Part shown: piece after piece, positions 36,467 to 49,512 of the stretch
Layout: every line of letters starts with the position of its first letter
Numbering within the stretch: the first letter of the stretch is position 1
From: an uncultured Chloroflexia bacterium
GTDB taxonomy: Bacteria > Chloroflexota > Anaerolineae > Anaerolineales > UBA4823
Direction: 5' to 3'
Length of the DNA stretch: 64,000 nucleotides
Assembly (NCBI GenBank): GCA_963828845.1
Contig: CAWHGE010000007.1
Span: forward strand, 26,021-90,020
Program-made: the position numbers and the translations under genes
Notes under the pieces: generated by a model
What the model saw: only the letters and a program-made list of their open reading frames with translations
Told to the model about the DNA's origin: nothing
Databases searched by the model: none

Positions 36467-37672
36467 ATGGATTTCGCACTGACTGGTGAACACCGAATGG
36501 TTCAGCAGATGGTTAGGGATTTTGCCCAAAAAGAGGTCACTCCGATCATCAAGGAATATGATCGGGCTCAAGAAATGGCTCCATTCATCCTGCCACGCAT
36601 GGGAAAATTAGGTATCCTGGGGATTTGCGTACCTGTACGATATGGTGGGCAAGGGATGGACTACATCTCCTTAGGTTTAGCATGTGAGGAGCTGGAGGCG
36701 GTGGACAGCACCTTGCGGGTGGTTCTATCGGTGCATATTGGTCTTAACAGTCTGGGTTTATTGCAGTGGGGGAGTGAAGAACAGAAACAACAATTCCTGA
36801 TTCCACAAGCCAAGGGAGAGAAAGTTGGCTGCTTTGGATTGACCGAGCCTGGGGCAGGCTCAGATGTCGCCGCGCTCGTCAGCACTGCCCGCAGGGAAGG
36901 GGAGGAATATATCTTGAATGGGGAAAAGATGTGGATTTCGCTGGCCACCAAGGCGCATCACTGTTTATGGGTGGGAAGGACGAATCTCGAATCAAGCAAC
37001 CCACATGAGGGGTTATCCGCCTTCCTGGTAGAGCTGGACCGTCCGGGCGTGACTACAGGTGACTTGCACGGGAAATTGGGTATGCGGGCAGGTTCAACTG
37101 GATGGATAAACTTCCAGGACGTGCGTATCCCAGCTGACCACAGGCTGGGTGAGGAAGGCGAGGGTTTCAAGATCGCCATGTCCTGTCTGGATAATGGACG
37201 CTATACCGTCGCATCAGGTGCTACAGGCCTAATCCGTGCCAGTCTGGAGGCAAGCATTAAATATTCCAAAGAGCGTAAAGCCTTCGGAAAGGAAATCGCC
37301 AAATTCCAGCTCGTCCAACAAAAGATTGCACGTATGGTTCAATCCTATGAGATGGCGCGCCTGTTATACCTGCGGGCTGGATGGATGAAAAATCAGGGCA
37401 TGCGCAACACGCGCGAAACATCGCTGGCGAAATGGTTTGCCACGGATGAGTCATTCAATGCTGCCTCAGAAGCGATCCAAATCCATGGGGCATACGGATA
37501 TAGTGATGAATATGACGTTGAGCGCTACCTGCGTAATTCACGCGGGGCGATTATTTATGAAGGCACCAGTGAAATCCACCAGCTGATGCAGGCAGGGTAT
37601 GCCTTGGGATTGCGCGAGGACACTCCCTTACGCTGCGAGCTACCAGCATATAATGCGGATGATTGGCAATAG
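36467..37672 (+). CDS. acyl-CoA dehydrogenase
   Basis: ATG 36467 lies 6 nt after CCGGAGG. ACAD motifs GCFGLTEPGAGSD and IYEGTSEIH. Confidence 0.85.
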   Translation: MDFALTGEHRMVQQMVRDFAQKEVTPIIKEYDRAQEMAPFILPRMGKLGILGICVPVRYGGQGMDYISLGLACEELEAVDSTLRVVLSVHIGLNSLGLLQWGSEEQKQQFLIPQAKGEKVGCFGLTEPGAGSDVAALVSTARREGEEYILNGEKMWISLATKAHHCLWVGRTNLESSNPHEGLSAFLVELDRPGVTTGDLHGKLGMRAGSTGWINFQDVRIPADHRLGEEGEGFKIAMSCLDNGRYTVASGATGLIRASLEASIKYSKERKAFGKEIAKFQLVQQKIARMVQSYEMARLLYLRAGWMKNQGMRNTRETSLAKWFATDESFNAASEAIQIHGAYGYSDEYDVERYLRNSRGAIIYEGTSEIHQLMQAGYALGLREDTPLRCELPAYNADDWQ

Positions 37673-37676
37673 GATG

Positions 37677-37708
37677 ATCCCGGAAGCAGTCGCTTCCGGG
37701 ATTTTTTT
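37677..37708 (+). terminator. rho-independent terminator
   Basis: ATCCCGGAAGC-agtc-GCTTCCGGGAT followed by TTTTTT, 5 nt after the stop codon. Confidence 0.75.
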
Positions 37709-37825
37709 GATTAGAACAGGAGTATAATAAAATTAATCACCCAGATCATTATCGACTGGGATGGTTGCAGTAAAAAAAACAGGCTTTATGTTTGGCCCCT
37801 ACCAGAATAACGAAAGGAGGGTACC

Positions 37826-38752
37826 ATGTCAGTCATTCAATCGACAACCCCAAATTCTACAGAAGAACGAAAGAAAGTGACCACTCGCCTCATTCAGGCG
37901 ATGAAAACACGCCACGAGCCCATTAGCATGCTGACGGCGTATGATTATCCAACCGCCCTAATGATGGATCAAATGGGCATGGATATCATCCTGGTGGGAG
38001 ATTCTCTTGGAATGGTCGTTCTGGGCTACGATAGTACCTTGCCCGTCACCATGGACGAGATGATCCATCATTGTAAAGCGGTGGCACGTGGGGCGAAATA
38101 CGCACTACTGGTGGGTGACATGCCGTTTATGTCCTATCAAGTTTCCACCAGTGAGGCGGTCCGGAACGCCGGGCGCTTTCTCCAGGAGGCTGGAATGAAT
38201 GCCGTCAAGCTGGAAGGTGGCAGCGAACGGGCGGAGACCATCCGTGCCATCGTAAGCACCGGCATCCCCGTCATGGGTCACCTCGGATTAACCCCGCAGA
38301 GTATTCACCAGCTGGGCGGTTATCGGACCCAGGGTCGTGATGCAGACGCCGCCTATACCCTTTTAGAAAATGCGCAGGTACTCCAAGAAGCGGGTTGTTT
38401 CAGTATTGTGCTCGAATCCATCCCCGGACGGCTAGCTGAGCTCGTTTCACAGCGCCTGGAGATCCCGACCATTGGGATTGGTGCTGGCGCAGGTTGTGAT
38501 GGTCAGGTCTTGGTGACGCATGACTTGCTGGGAATCTTTGAGCGCTTCACACCCAAGTTTGTTAAGCGCTATGCGAATTTGTCTACAGAGATGAGAAAAG
38601 CGTTTAGTGAATATATAGCTGATGTAAAATCAAAAACATTTCCAGGTGCCGAGCATACAGTGGACATGAGCGAGGACGAATGGAAGTGCCTGGAGGAAAG
38701 ACTCACCCAGGAAAGCCCGAGATTTATCGTCCATGATCCGTCGGTGAGGTAG
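37826..38752 (+). CDS. panB: 3-methyl-2-oxobutanoate hydroxymethyltransferase
   Basis: ISMLTAYDYP, VGDSLGMVVLGY, VKLEGG, GHLGLTPQS motifs. Confidence 0.9.
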   Translation: MSVIQSTTPNSTEERKKVTTRLIQAMKTRHEPISMLTAYDYPTALMMDQMGMDIILVGDSLGMVVLGYDSTLPVTMDEMIHHCKAVARGAKYALLVGDMPFMSYQVSTSEAVRNAGRFLQEAGMNAVKLEGGSERAETIRAIVSTGIPVMGHLGLTPQSIHQLGGYRTQGRDADAAYTLLENAQVLQEAGCFSIVLESIPGRLAELVSQRLEIPTIGIGAGAGCDGQVLVTHDLLGIFERFTPKFVKRYANLSTEMRKAFSEYIADVKSKTFPGAEHTVDMSEDEWKCLEERLTQESPRFIVHDPSVR

Positions 38753-38756
38753 TCCA

Positions 38757-39656
38757 ATGGGATTGCTGGTAGTGGGGACTGGCGCATTAGCCTGCTTGTT
38801 CGCTGCTCGACTGGCGGGTTCAGGGAATGAAGTGACCATGCTGGGCAGCTGGCAGGAAGGTTTGACTGCACTGCGGGAGAGGGGGGTGCGACTGCTTGAC
38901 ATGAATGGAAGTATCCATCAGTATTCGGTAAAAGTCACAAAAGGCACAGATACTCGTGGAAAATTCTCCCAGGCCTTGGTGTTGGTTAAATCCTGGCAGA
39001 CGGAACGGGTTGCCAGGCAACTTGAGCGGCGTCTCACCAAAACCGGGATAGCTTTGACCTTACAAAATGGGTTTGGCAACTACGAAACCCTTGAGAGGGT
39101 ACTTGGGCAGGAGAGAGTTGCATTGGGTGTCACCACAGTGGCTGCCCGGATGGTTGAGCCGGGATACGTCCAACATACCGGGGAAGGAAAAGTAACGATA
39201 GGCCTCCACCCCCAATTGGGTGGATTGGGGGAATTATTGAATAAAGCTGGCTTTCAGGTAGAGATGGTCACCGATCCAAAATCTCTGCTCTGGGGGAAGC
39301 TGGTGATTAATGCTGCCATCAATCCACTCACCGCATTGTTAAGGGTCCCGAATGGCGAACTTCTGTCACGCCCTGCCGCCCGAGAGCTTATGTCAGAGGC
39401 AGCGTGTGAAGCTGCCATGGTTGCTAGCCGGCAAGGTATCACCTTGCCATATACTGACCCAGTAAATGCGGTTGAGAATGTAGCTCGAAACACTGCGGTA
39501 AATACCTCTTCCATGCTTCAGGATGTACTACGAGGTACACCAACGGAAATTGATGCCATCAATGGGGCGATTATTCGAGTGGGTGAAGCATTGGGGGTAC
39601 CAACACCGGTTAACAGAATTCTGTGGCGGTTGGTGAGGGCTCTTGAAAACCAATAG
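38757..39656 (+). CDS. panE: 2-dehydropantoate 2-reductase
   Basis: N-terminal Rossmann VVGTGALACLFAARL. C-terminal SMLQD...GTPTEIDAINGAI motif of the ApbA/PanE family. Confidence 0.8.
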   Translation: MGLLVVGTGALACLFAARLAGSGNEVTMLGSWQEGLTALRERGVRLLDMNGSIHQYSVKVTKGTDTRGKFSQALVLVKSWQTERVARQLERRLTKTGIALTLQNGFGNYETLERVLGQERVALGVTTVAARMVEPGYVQHTGEGKVTIGLHPQLGGLGELLNKAGFQVEMVTDPKSLLWGKLVINAAINPLTALLRVPNGELLSRPAARELMSEAACEAAMVASRQGITLPYTDPVNAVENVARNTAVNTSSMLQDVLRGTPTEIDAINGAIIRVGEALGVPTPVNRILWRLVRALENQ

Positions 39657-39668
39657 GGAGGATTCATT

Positions 39669-40503
39669 ATGAACGTTGTCGAATCTTTGGCAGAAGTGCG
39701 CCTGGCTCGGGCGAGTTTAAGCCAACCCGTTGGATTCGTACCCACAATGGGATCCTTGCATGAGGGACACCTGTCGCTGGTCCGACAGGCGCGTCATGAT
39801 TGTTCCAGTGTGGTCGTCAGTATCTACGTCAATCCGACCCAATTTGGGCCGAATGAAGATTTTAACAACTATCCGCGCGATTTACAGCGTGATCTTGCCC
39901 TGCTTCGATCGGAGGGGGTTGATCTGGTATGGACACCCAACGATAAACTCATGTATCCAACCGGGTACCAGACCTGGGTTGTGGTGGAGGACGTCACCAA
40001 GATCGTTAGAGGGGGTGATCCGAGCGGGGCATTTTCGAGGAGTAGCGACGGTTGTGACCAAACTCTTCAACGCAGTTCAGCCCCACAGAGCATATTTCGG
40101 GCAAAAAGATGCTCAACAAGCTATTGTCATCGGAACAATGACGCGTGACCTGGATTTTCCAATCGAAATCGTTGTTTGCCCGACGATCCGAGAGCCAGAT
40201 GGATTGGCAATGTCCAGTCGGAATGTCTATCTGGATCCAGACGAGCGAAGTGCTGCTTTAGTATTGTACCGCGGCTTATTTGCTGCCAAAGCAGCTTTCG
40301 GGGCTGGCGAAAGGGATGCTGAAAACCTGAGGAATATAGTATTGGATATCCTGTCAACCGAACCTTTGGTTAATGTGCAATACGTATCTTGTGCTCATCC
40401 AGACACATTGCAAGAGCTTGAAGGACGTGTGGATCGAGCACTATTATCCCTGGCGGTAACAATTGGAAAAACGCGCTTAATTGATAACATCGTTCTTGGG
40501 TAA
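39669..40503 (+). pseudogene. panC: pantoate-beta-alanine ligase, one frame break
   Basis: PTMGSLHEGHLSLV, then (extra base near 40001-40010) LEGVIRAGHFRGVATVVTKLFN and FGQKDAQQ. The two overlapping ORFs are colinear. Confidence 0.9.
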
Positions 40504-40557
40504 TATTATGCTAAATTTGAGGTTGGGACGCTATGTTCGGCAGGAAAGGAGGCTATC

Positions 40558-41337
40558 ATGCTGTTGACGATTGACATTGGGAATACAAATATCACCTTGG
40601 GGTTGTATCAAGGGAAAGAACTTGGTCCACGCTGGCGATTAGCCACTGCATATGATCATATGCCGGATGAGTATGGGTTACAGTTAGTGGGATTATTGGA
40701 GCACGCAGGTCACACACCAGAGGATATAGACGCCATCTGCCTGGCGTCGGTTGTTCCTCCCCTTACCAGTAAGATTGTTGAAGCCTGTCGGCGGTATCTA
40801 AACAAGGAACCGCTGGTGGTTGATGCGGGTGTAAAGACAGGTGTGCGTGTGCGGTATGAAGATCCCCGTGCTGTGGGAGCGGACCGGATTGTGGATGCAG
40901 TCGCAGTCGTGCATCTTTATGGGACTCCCGCGTGTGTGGTTGACTTTGGTACTGCCACGACTTTCGATGCCATCTCAAAAAATGGTGATTACCTGGGGGG
41001 AGCAATTGCGCCTGGGATCGGAATTGCTGCGGAAGCCCTGTTTCAGCGTACCGCCAAGCTGCCAAGAGTCGATCTCCAAAAACCTCCTTCGGTGATTGGT
41101 CGAAACACAGTTCACTCAATGCAATCGGGATTATTGTATGGGTACGTTGGGTTGGTTGAGGGTATGGTGGCACGATTCCGAGAGGAATTGGGTGCAGAGA
41201 TGAAAGTCATCGCAACAGGGGGTCTGGCTGATATAGTTGCTCATGAGACGGATGTCATCCAAATTGTTGCGCCATGGCTCACGCTGGATGGTCTCCAGAT
41301 GGTTTGGGAAATGAACAAGTCAATTGAAAAACCGTAA
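40558..41337 (+). CDS. coaX: type III pantothenate kinase
   Basis: MLLTIDIGNTN, GADRI, DFGTATTFD motifs. Confidence 0.9.
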   Translation: MLLTIDIGNTNITLGLYQGKELGPRWRLATAYDHMPDEYGLQLVGLLEHAGHTPEDIDAICLASVVPPLTSKIVEACRRYLNKEPLVVDAGVKTGVRVRYEDPRAVGADRIVDAVAVVHLYGTPACVVDFGTATTFDAISKNGDYLGGAIAPGIGIAAEALFQRTAKLPRVDLQKPPSVIGRNTVHSMQSGLLYGYVGLVEGMVARFREELGAEMKVIATGGLADIVAHETDVIQIVAPWLTLDGLQMVWEMNKSIEKP

Positions 41338-41758
41338 CCCACCAGTGGATGCAGATTATTTTCTACAATTACAGGTCTAAAAAGCCTGGATTGGATTTTA
41401 AATGGCTTTGCCAGATGGTGTTCTCTGAAGCCCGGGTGGGTAACACTGGACGTGGGATATAGTTCGTGGGAAGTATAGCCAAACTCAACCTATTGGAATA
41501 TTTATATGAGTAAATTACCCTGATTTTTGCATAGTAAAAGAGTGTAGAAGGAATGGGGCGAGACAAATTAGCAAATTGAGCTAGGCGTACTAGTAAATAT
41601 CACCAGTGGACTGAAGACGAGACCCTGTCTTGTACAGTAATGGGGAATGAAATGTATGACGAGTATTTTATAGGTGCGTCTGAGGTTTGGTCAGTTCCTG
41701 TAGGGATAGCTTGAATACACAAATCTGACCTGGGGGTATAATCCGTATGGTTATTCGT

Positions 41759-42376
41759 ATGAAGACCGAGATTCTAAGGGCAAATCGTCCGAGTGCGATA
41801 GATCATGCTGTTGACGTATTAAAGCATGGCGGTTTAGTCGCTTTTCCTACAGATACTGTGTATGGATTAGCCGCCTTACCATTCAAGAGTGAATATGTTG
41901 AGGGTTTATTCTCTGCAAAAGGGCGAAATAATAGTCGAGCAATTGCGATCTTGATTGGGAATTATGCAGATTTAAAGTGCGTGGTGGATCAATTCGATGA
42001 GACGTCCACCCGACTCGCACATCGTTTTTGGCCAGGACCATTGACTCTGGTGGTTCCAAAACTTTCCGGGTTGCCTGAAGTGCTTTCGCAAGATGGGACC
42101 ATTGGTGTTCGCATGCCTGATCACCCTGTCGCCCTGGCTTTGCTACGCCTGATTGGACCTTTAGCAGTCACTTCTGCAAATATTTCGGGTCAAAATAATG
42201 CCAATACGGCTGAGGAAGTGTATAACCAGTTAAATGGACGGGTGCATCTGATCCTGGATGGTGGTCGTTCATCGGGGGGTATCCCTTCCACAGTGGTCAA
42301 TTGTGCGACTTCAAAGATGACGATCCTACGCGAGGGACCGATAAGCCTGAATTCGATTGAAGCTGCTCTCTCGTGA
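41759..42376 (+). CDS. tsaC: L-threonylcarbamoyladenylate synthase (YrdC/TsaC type)
   Basis: GGLVAFPTDTVYGLAA, PGPLTLV, SANISG motifs. ATG 41759 is preferred over the 41747 extension. Confidence 0.8.
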   Translation: MKTEILRANRPSAIDHAVDVLKHGGLVAFPTDTVYGLAALPFKSEYVEGLFSAKGRNNSRAIAILIGNYADLKCVVDQFDETSTRLAHRFWPGPLTLVVPKLSGLPEVLSQDGTIGVRMPDHPVALALLRLIGPLAVTSANISGQNNANTAEEVYNQLNGRVHLILDGGRSSGGIPSTVVNCATSKMTILREGPISLNSIEAALS

Positions 42377-42460
42377 ACCCGAGTTTATTCTCACGAAGCT
42401 TTTAGCCTTTTTTCATACTATTTTTACCTAAATATATATAATGATAGTTGCATTCTCCTC

Positions 42461-42510
42461 ACTCAAACTCGCCCGATGAGATTGGAGCCATCTCAGAGGG
42501 CGATTTGAGT
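42461..42510. other. long imperfect hairpin in the tsaC/tsaD convergent spacer
   Basis: ACTCAAACTCGCCC ... GGGCGATTTGAGT outer arms (one bulge) with inner TGAGAT/ATCTCA. No clear T-run follows. Confidence 0.3.
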
Positions 42511-42562
42511 TTAAAAGGCTATTCGCTTTTTCCTCATGTCCTGATATAAAATACAATATTTT

Positions 42563-43642
42563 TCAAGATGGAACTGGAGCGGGAACCTCAGATAAAGGCC
42601 AATTGGGGAGGACATCCATATCAAGTGGATCGCGCTGACCTTGAATAAACCGGAAATAAGCAGCACCTGCAATCATGGCAGCATTATCCGTACAGAGCCA
42701 AATTGGGGGTATGTGTAATGGAATGGTGGCACGAATCTGGATGGAGTGGCGTAAAGCCCGGTTTGCAGAGACCCCGCCAGCTACAAGCAGGTTTTTAGCG
42801 CCAAACTCTTTTGCAGCGTTGATGGTCTTGGTAACCAGCACATCCACGACCGCCGCCTGAAAGCTGGCAGCCAGATCGGCAATGGGGAGGATTTTTTGCG
42901 GTTCCAATTGGCGTACCTCCCGCATGACAGCGGTTTTTAATCCACTGAATGAGAAATCCCAACTATCTTCCAGCCAGGCGCGAGGAAAGTTATAAGCTAT
43001 GGGATTTCCCTCTACCGAGGCGTTCTGGATGGAAGGCCCACCTGGATATTCCAAACCAAGCAAACGAGCTACTTTATCAAAAGCTTCTCCTGCAGCGTCA
43101 TCGAGGGTCGCGCCTAAATGCTGGTATTGCAGATGACCTTTCATCAAGACGAGCTCAGTATGACCACCCGATACAATCAGGGCAATCAGGGGAAACTTTG
43201 GCTCGTGGGGTGGGGTTGAATCCGATTTATACAGCCAGGCGGAATATAAATGTCCCTCGAGATGGCTGACACCTATGAGAGGCAATCCACTGCCTAGAAC
43301 CAATCCTTTGGCTGCATTCATGCCAACTACTAAAGAACCTGGTAAACCCGGGCCACGCGTGACAGCAATGGCATCCAGCTCCTTAAGTGTAAGGTGAGCT
43401 TGGTTTAGCGCTTGATCAATCACAGGATAGATGGTTTTTATATGCTGCCTGGAGGCTACTTCAGGGAATACACCTCCAAATTGTGCATGCAGATCAATTT
43501 GAGAGGCAACCACGCTTGATAGGATCTCCCGCCCATTTTCTACCACGGCCGCAGCTGTTTCATCGCATGAAGTTTCGATACCAAGGATCCGGATAGGAGG
43601 TTTATCCGCTTGTGCAGATTTTTTAGAGGAGGTTTTAGGCAT
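42563..43642 (-). CDS. tsaD: tRNA N6-adenosine threonylcarbamoyltransferase
   Basis: [28 protein letters not shown] motifs. ATG 43642 is preferred. Confidence 0.9.
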   Translation of the reverse strand: MPKTSSKKSAQADKPPIRILGIETSCDETAAAVVENGREILSSVVASQIDLHAQFGGVFPEVASRQHIKTIYPVIDQALNQAHLTLKELDAIAVTRGPGLPGSLVVGMNAAKGLVLGSGLPLIGVSHLEGHLYSAWLYKSDSTPPHEPKFPLIALIVSGGHTELVLMKGHLQYQHLGATLDDAAGEAFDKVARLLGLEYPGGPSIQNASVEGNPIAYNFPRAWLEDSWDFSFSGLKTAVMREVRQLEPQKILPIADLAASFQAAVVDVLVTKTINAAKEFGAKNLLVAGGVSANRALRHSIQIRATIPLHIPPIWLCTDNAAMIAGAAYFRFIQGQRDPLDMDVLPNWPLSEVPAPVPS

Positions 43643-43684
43643 TTTCAAGTTACCTTGATAAGCATAATGCATTCCATGGACTTT

Positions 43685-44924
43685 TTATTCAGTTTTTACT
43701 GGCAAGACCAGGTCCATTGGATAGTCTGCCAACACTTCCATTTTCCCATCAGGTCGCACGTACAGGCTATTCTCAAGACGCACCCCCATACCTTGCTCCG
43801 GATAATATAACCCAGGCTCAATAGAAAAAACTTCCCCGGGCACCAAACAATCCCGCTCATCACTATTGATCCCACTCCACGGACGCTCATGGATGTTCAA
43901 GCCAATTCCATGACCTATACTATGTACATATCCTTGCTGCGTCTGGGGATTGTCCTTGATGGTAGGATGACCTTGCGACTGTAAAGAATTCACAGGTCAT
44001 AGCCTGGTAATAGCCGAAAGGTTTTCCAACCTCAAGCTGAGTGGTAATTTTGTTATAGGCTGATAATACAGTCTCGTAGAGCGCCAAGACATCATCAGGT
44101 GCATAACCAAGGCACCAGGTGCGGGTAAAGTCGTAGAAGTAACCACCGCCAGCCTCACAAGGGTAGATATCAAAAACAATGGTCTGACCTAATTTGAGAC
44201 TATCCTCAGAATTGCCGGATGAGTGGGGCACGCCAGCATCACGTCCGATTGCAAATATGGTACCTTCAGGGTTCTCGGCTCCACGCTCGGATAACCACAA
44301 GTTAATGTGTGCTTTTACATCCCCAACTGTCAATGGATGTCCGTCGGTCTTAACCATTACACCATCCTTGACGGAGTGTGAGGTAATAAACTCTGCCACA
44401 AGGCTGACGACCTGGGTAGTTATTTTGCCCATCCTGCGGATGCGTTCGATTTCGGTTTGATCCTTGGTCATCCTTGCGAGCATCAGTGCTGAGTTGTTAA
44501 TCTCGCCGACCAAAGTCAATCCTGGCATCTCTTGCTGTAAAGCGGAGAATATCGCATAGTTCGTACCAATCTCCGAGCGACCGTATAAAGCGACTTTTCC
44601 TGAGGAAATCCCTAGCTCACCAAGCATAATCTGGTATCGTTTGACCATGGCTTTCAAGTGATCTCCATTGACCTGATTGAGGAGCTCGGTGAAGTTGTAA
44701 TCGGCTAGATTTTTAGTCATCAAACCAGACCTGGCAGCTTCATCTCTTTCCATGGGTAAATAGAATAATATTGCCTGCTCACCTCGTTTTTTTATCAGGT
44801 CAGCATTGGTCAGGTGACAACCTCCGGTCAGATAGACCATGGCTGGGTTATGTTGAGCAGGTCCAGTAATTAGAATCGCATCCAGGTCATTTTCCTGCAT
44901 TAAGGCATCCAGGTCAGTCTTCAT
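43685..44924 (-). pseudogene. M24-family Xaa-Pro aminopeptidase, one frame break
   Basis: N-terminus MKTDLDALMQENDLDAILITG (ATG 44924). The catalytic C-terminus with HSIGHGIGLNIHERP and EPGLYYP is in the 43685-43993 ORF. The break is near 43930-43990. Confidence 0.8.
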
Positions 44925-46300
44925 CGGGTGAGCTATCCTTAGTAATGATTTTTTTGGTTGAACGAATGGCAGATAATAAATCATTATCTTGTTCTGGCAA
45001 TATTGTACGGGGGTCAAAAATAACCTTATCAGCCTCAAGACGGGCGATCACAGGTGGCTGGCATTGACGTAAGCGTTCTAAAAAGCGGTTTGGGGAGCGC
45101 ACGGACAAAGCGAGGACAAAAGTGGCCAAGGTTTCATCGGGTAGAGAGCCACCACCAACCGTCGATAGGTTGGGGATCACCTCACCCATACCCAGGGTTT
45201 GCATCCAGTTACCCGCACGACCCTGGAGGCTGGCGACCGGTGCAGCAATCATTCGCCAGATGGGTATCTCTTGCAGAGCTTCATCCTTCAGGTAATGCAG
45301 TAAAGTGGCAGAGAGAGCAGCCAGGCAAAGTTTATCTGCGCGAATGGCGCGGGCAAGCGGGTGTTTCTTGAGTTTAGCAATCAGTTCTGCCTTGCCAATG
45401 ATAATCCCTGCTTGTGGACCTCCCATGAGCTTGTCGCCTGAGAAACACACCAAGTCCGCTCCGGCTGCCAATGATTCATAGACAGTGGGTTCATGTCCCA
45501 GACCAAATTGGGCAGTGTCCAACAAAGCACCAGAACCCAGATCATTCACAAGCGGGATCCCCACCTGATGGGAAATTTCTGCGAGCTCTGACAGGGTTGG
45601 CTCGTGGTGAAACCAGTGATACGAAAATTGGAACGGTGAGCATGCATGATCAGAGCTGGCGATGCTTCTTCAATTGCAGTGAGGTAATCTGTGCGATGTA
45701 CACGGTTGGTCGTGCCGACTTCGTAAAGGTGTGCACCCGATTGCTGCATGACATCTGGAATACGGAAACCACCACCAATCTCCACGAGCTGCGTCCGTGA
45801 AATGATCACATTGCGGCGGCGTGCACAAGCAGATAGGATTAGAAGGACGGCGGCAGCGTTATTGTTGACCACCAATGCTGCTTCTGCCTTGGTCAGACGT
45901 TGTAGCAATGATTCAGCATGAACCAGTCGTGAGCCTCGCTGACCACTGGATAGATCAAATTCCAGGTTTGAATATCCCCGTGAGACATCCTGGATAGCCT
46001 GAATGGCAGCATTGACTAAGTGGTGCTCGCCCCAGGTTTGTGTGGAGGATTACCCCGGTGGCATTGATCACTGGAAGCAAGGAAGGAGCTGTCCAATCCT
46101 GAAGCTCACGGAGGGCATGATCTAATAACACCTCATGTGTAGGGAGCTTCTTTGTATGTGAATATCCTTCACGTGCTTCTTCCAGCGATCGGCGTAATGC
46201 TTCCAGGGTTTGCGGTCGACCGTATTCCGATGATCCAAGTGGATACAATGGGCTGTTGGAGTAATTGATCTACTGAAGGCAGGTCGCGTAAACTGCTCAT
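44914..46300 (-). pseudogene. selA: L-seryl-tRNA(Sec) selenium transferase, at least 3 frame breaks
   Basis: Colinear pieces in different frames: MSSLRDLPSVDQLLQQP (ATG 46300), INATGVILHTNLGRAPLS, YSNLEFDLSSGQRGSR, VVNNNAAAVLL, VEIGGGFRIP, and FSGDKLMGGPQAG (PLP lysine). Confidence 0.85.
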
Positions 46301-46342
46301 AGGTAATATTTCATGGGATATCGGGAAGCCAACCAGTAGAGT

Positions 46343-46735
46343 CTATGCCTTCCACTGACTCTTCTCGCTCAGCCTCAATAAGAATTCGATCAAGCCCAAG
46401 CCAATTGCCAATAGAATAGCCAATGCCGGATTGAGCACACGACCCATCTGGAGCCATATCAGCGTGGAAACGTAAACAGCAAACCATAGAGCTTGTCTGA
46501 CGACAACCATATAGGTGGGAGGGGGTGTGCTGGCGAAACGGCGGTTAAGGAAAGCTGTGATTGGCAATGATGTTCCGGTGATTGCCAGGACACATAGGAA
46601 GAAGAATAACCAACGTGGTCCAACGGTTGGCAGGGTGGTGATGATCAGGGCTATCAAGCCACCCCAACCAATAATGAATAGGAATATGGAGGCAGGGAGA
46701 AAATTAGCAACACGGGGTGAGGTGTTCGATTTCAT
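46343..46735 (-). CDS. membrane protein, hypothetical
   Basis: 130 aa, four hydrophobic helices, no recognised motif. Confidence 0.5.
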   Translation of the reverse strand: MKSNTSPRVANFLPASIFLFIIGWGGLIALIITTLPTVGPRWLFFFLCVLAITGTSLPITAFLNRRFASTPPPTYMVVVRQALWFAVYVSTLIWLQMGRVLNPALAILLAIGLGLIEFLLRLSEKSQWKA

Positions 46736-46773
46736 ATTGCAGATAATTCTATCACAGGCGATAAAAATAAAAA

Positions 46774-46801
46774 CAGGCGAGTGGATCGATCCACTCGCCT
46801 G
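46774..46801 (-). terminator. rho-independent terminator of dnaK
   Basis: Perfect 28-nt palindrome CAGGCGAGTGGATC/GATCCACTCGCCTG, followed on the minus strand by TTTTTATTTTTAT, 20 nt after the dnaK stop. Confidence 0.7.
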
Positions 46802-46820
46802 TCAACACCAGTATTATTGG

Positions 46821-48745
<1,925 letters not shown>

Positions 48746-49512
48746 ATCTTTCTCTCCTCTGCTATATTCATCTAGTATGTTGATTGTGTACATACAAATA
48801 TCTATAAATGTAGTAATGATCAAGGTTACATTGTTTATGCAAGAATCACATTAACAAGATGTAGGAAAGTTATATAAAATCATTGCCATAGAAATATTTT
48901 GAACAGATCTCGTAACCAAGATTTTTATGAACTATTCAGAAAAGAATATAAGTCCATGTTCGGGTTTGGTAGGATAAGTAGTAGATATTTCAGGTATATA
49001 TTGAGATCTTACTCAAAAAACATACCAATTTTGGCGAATAATCTTTCCAGAATATGAAATTCTACGTTGACATTCCTGTATAGATACTAGTGCCATATAT
49101 AGGCAAATTATGCATTTCTTGAGATTTGTACGCCATATATAGGGGTAAGAACATGTGTTCCCCAATCTCCAGGCTAAATTATTACCTAGAATTTTCGAAA
49201 ATATTTACCTAGGTTTGCCATCTACAAAGTTTGTTTTAACATTCCGAATCTTAAATAATTCGTTATTTTAAAGTTACCGTAGGTTTAAGGTATTGCAATC
49301 CCACCCGATTTTCTGCTAGAATGTTATAGAAATCATAACATTATAGATGTTCGTTGGTATGGTTAGCCAGCCTAACAATGGAAGTACTCCGGCTGGCTTT
49401 TCCGTAAAAATACTAGTAGGTGAATATAGGATAGGACCTCCCGCCAAATAGCTGGTCGGGGGTTAGCTATCTCCCTGTTTTCGCACCCTGATTGAGAGGA
49501 GGAAGGGTTTGC

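Noticed and set aside
41338-41746. A 400-bp gap before tsaC as a possible ncRNA or missed gene. The listed 41369-41566 minus ORF lies here.
   Set aside because: I could see no conserved RNA motif, no convincing hairpin-terminator pair and no SD-preceded ORF. The listed ORF has no recognisable features. It is left unannotated.
48746-48900. A CIRCE (HrcA) operator upstream of dnaK.
   Set aside because: I found no TTAGCACTC-N9-GAGTGCTAA-like inverted repeat in the dnaK upstream region.
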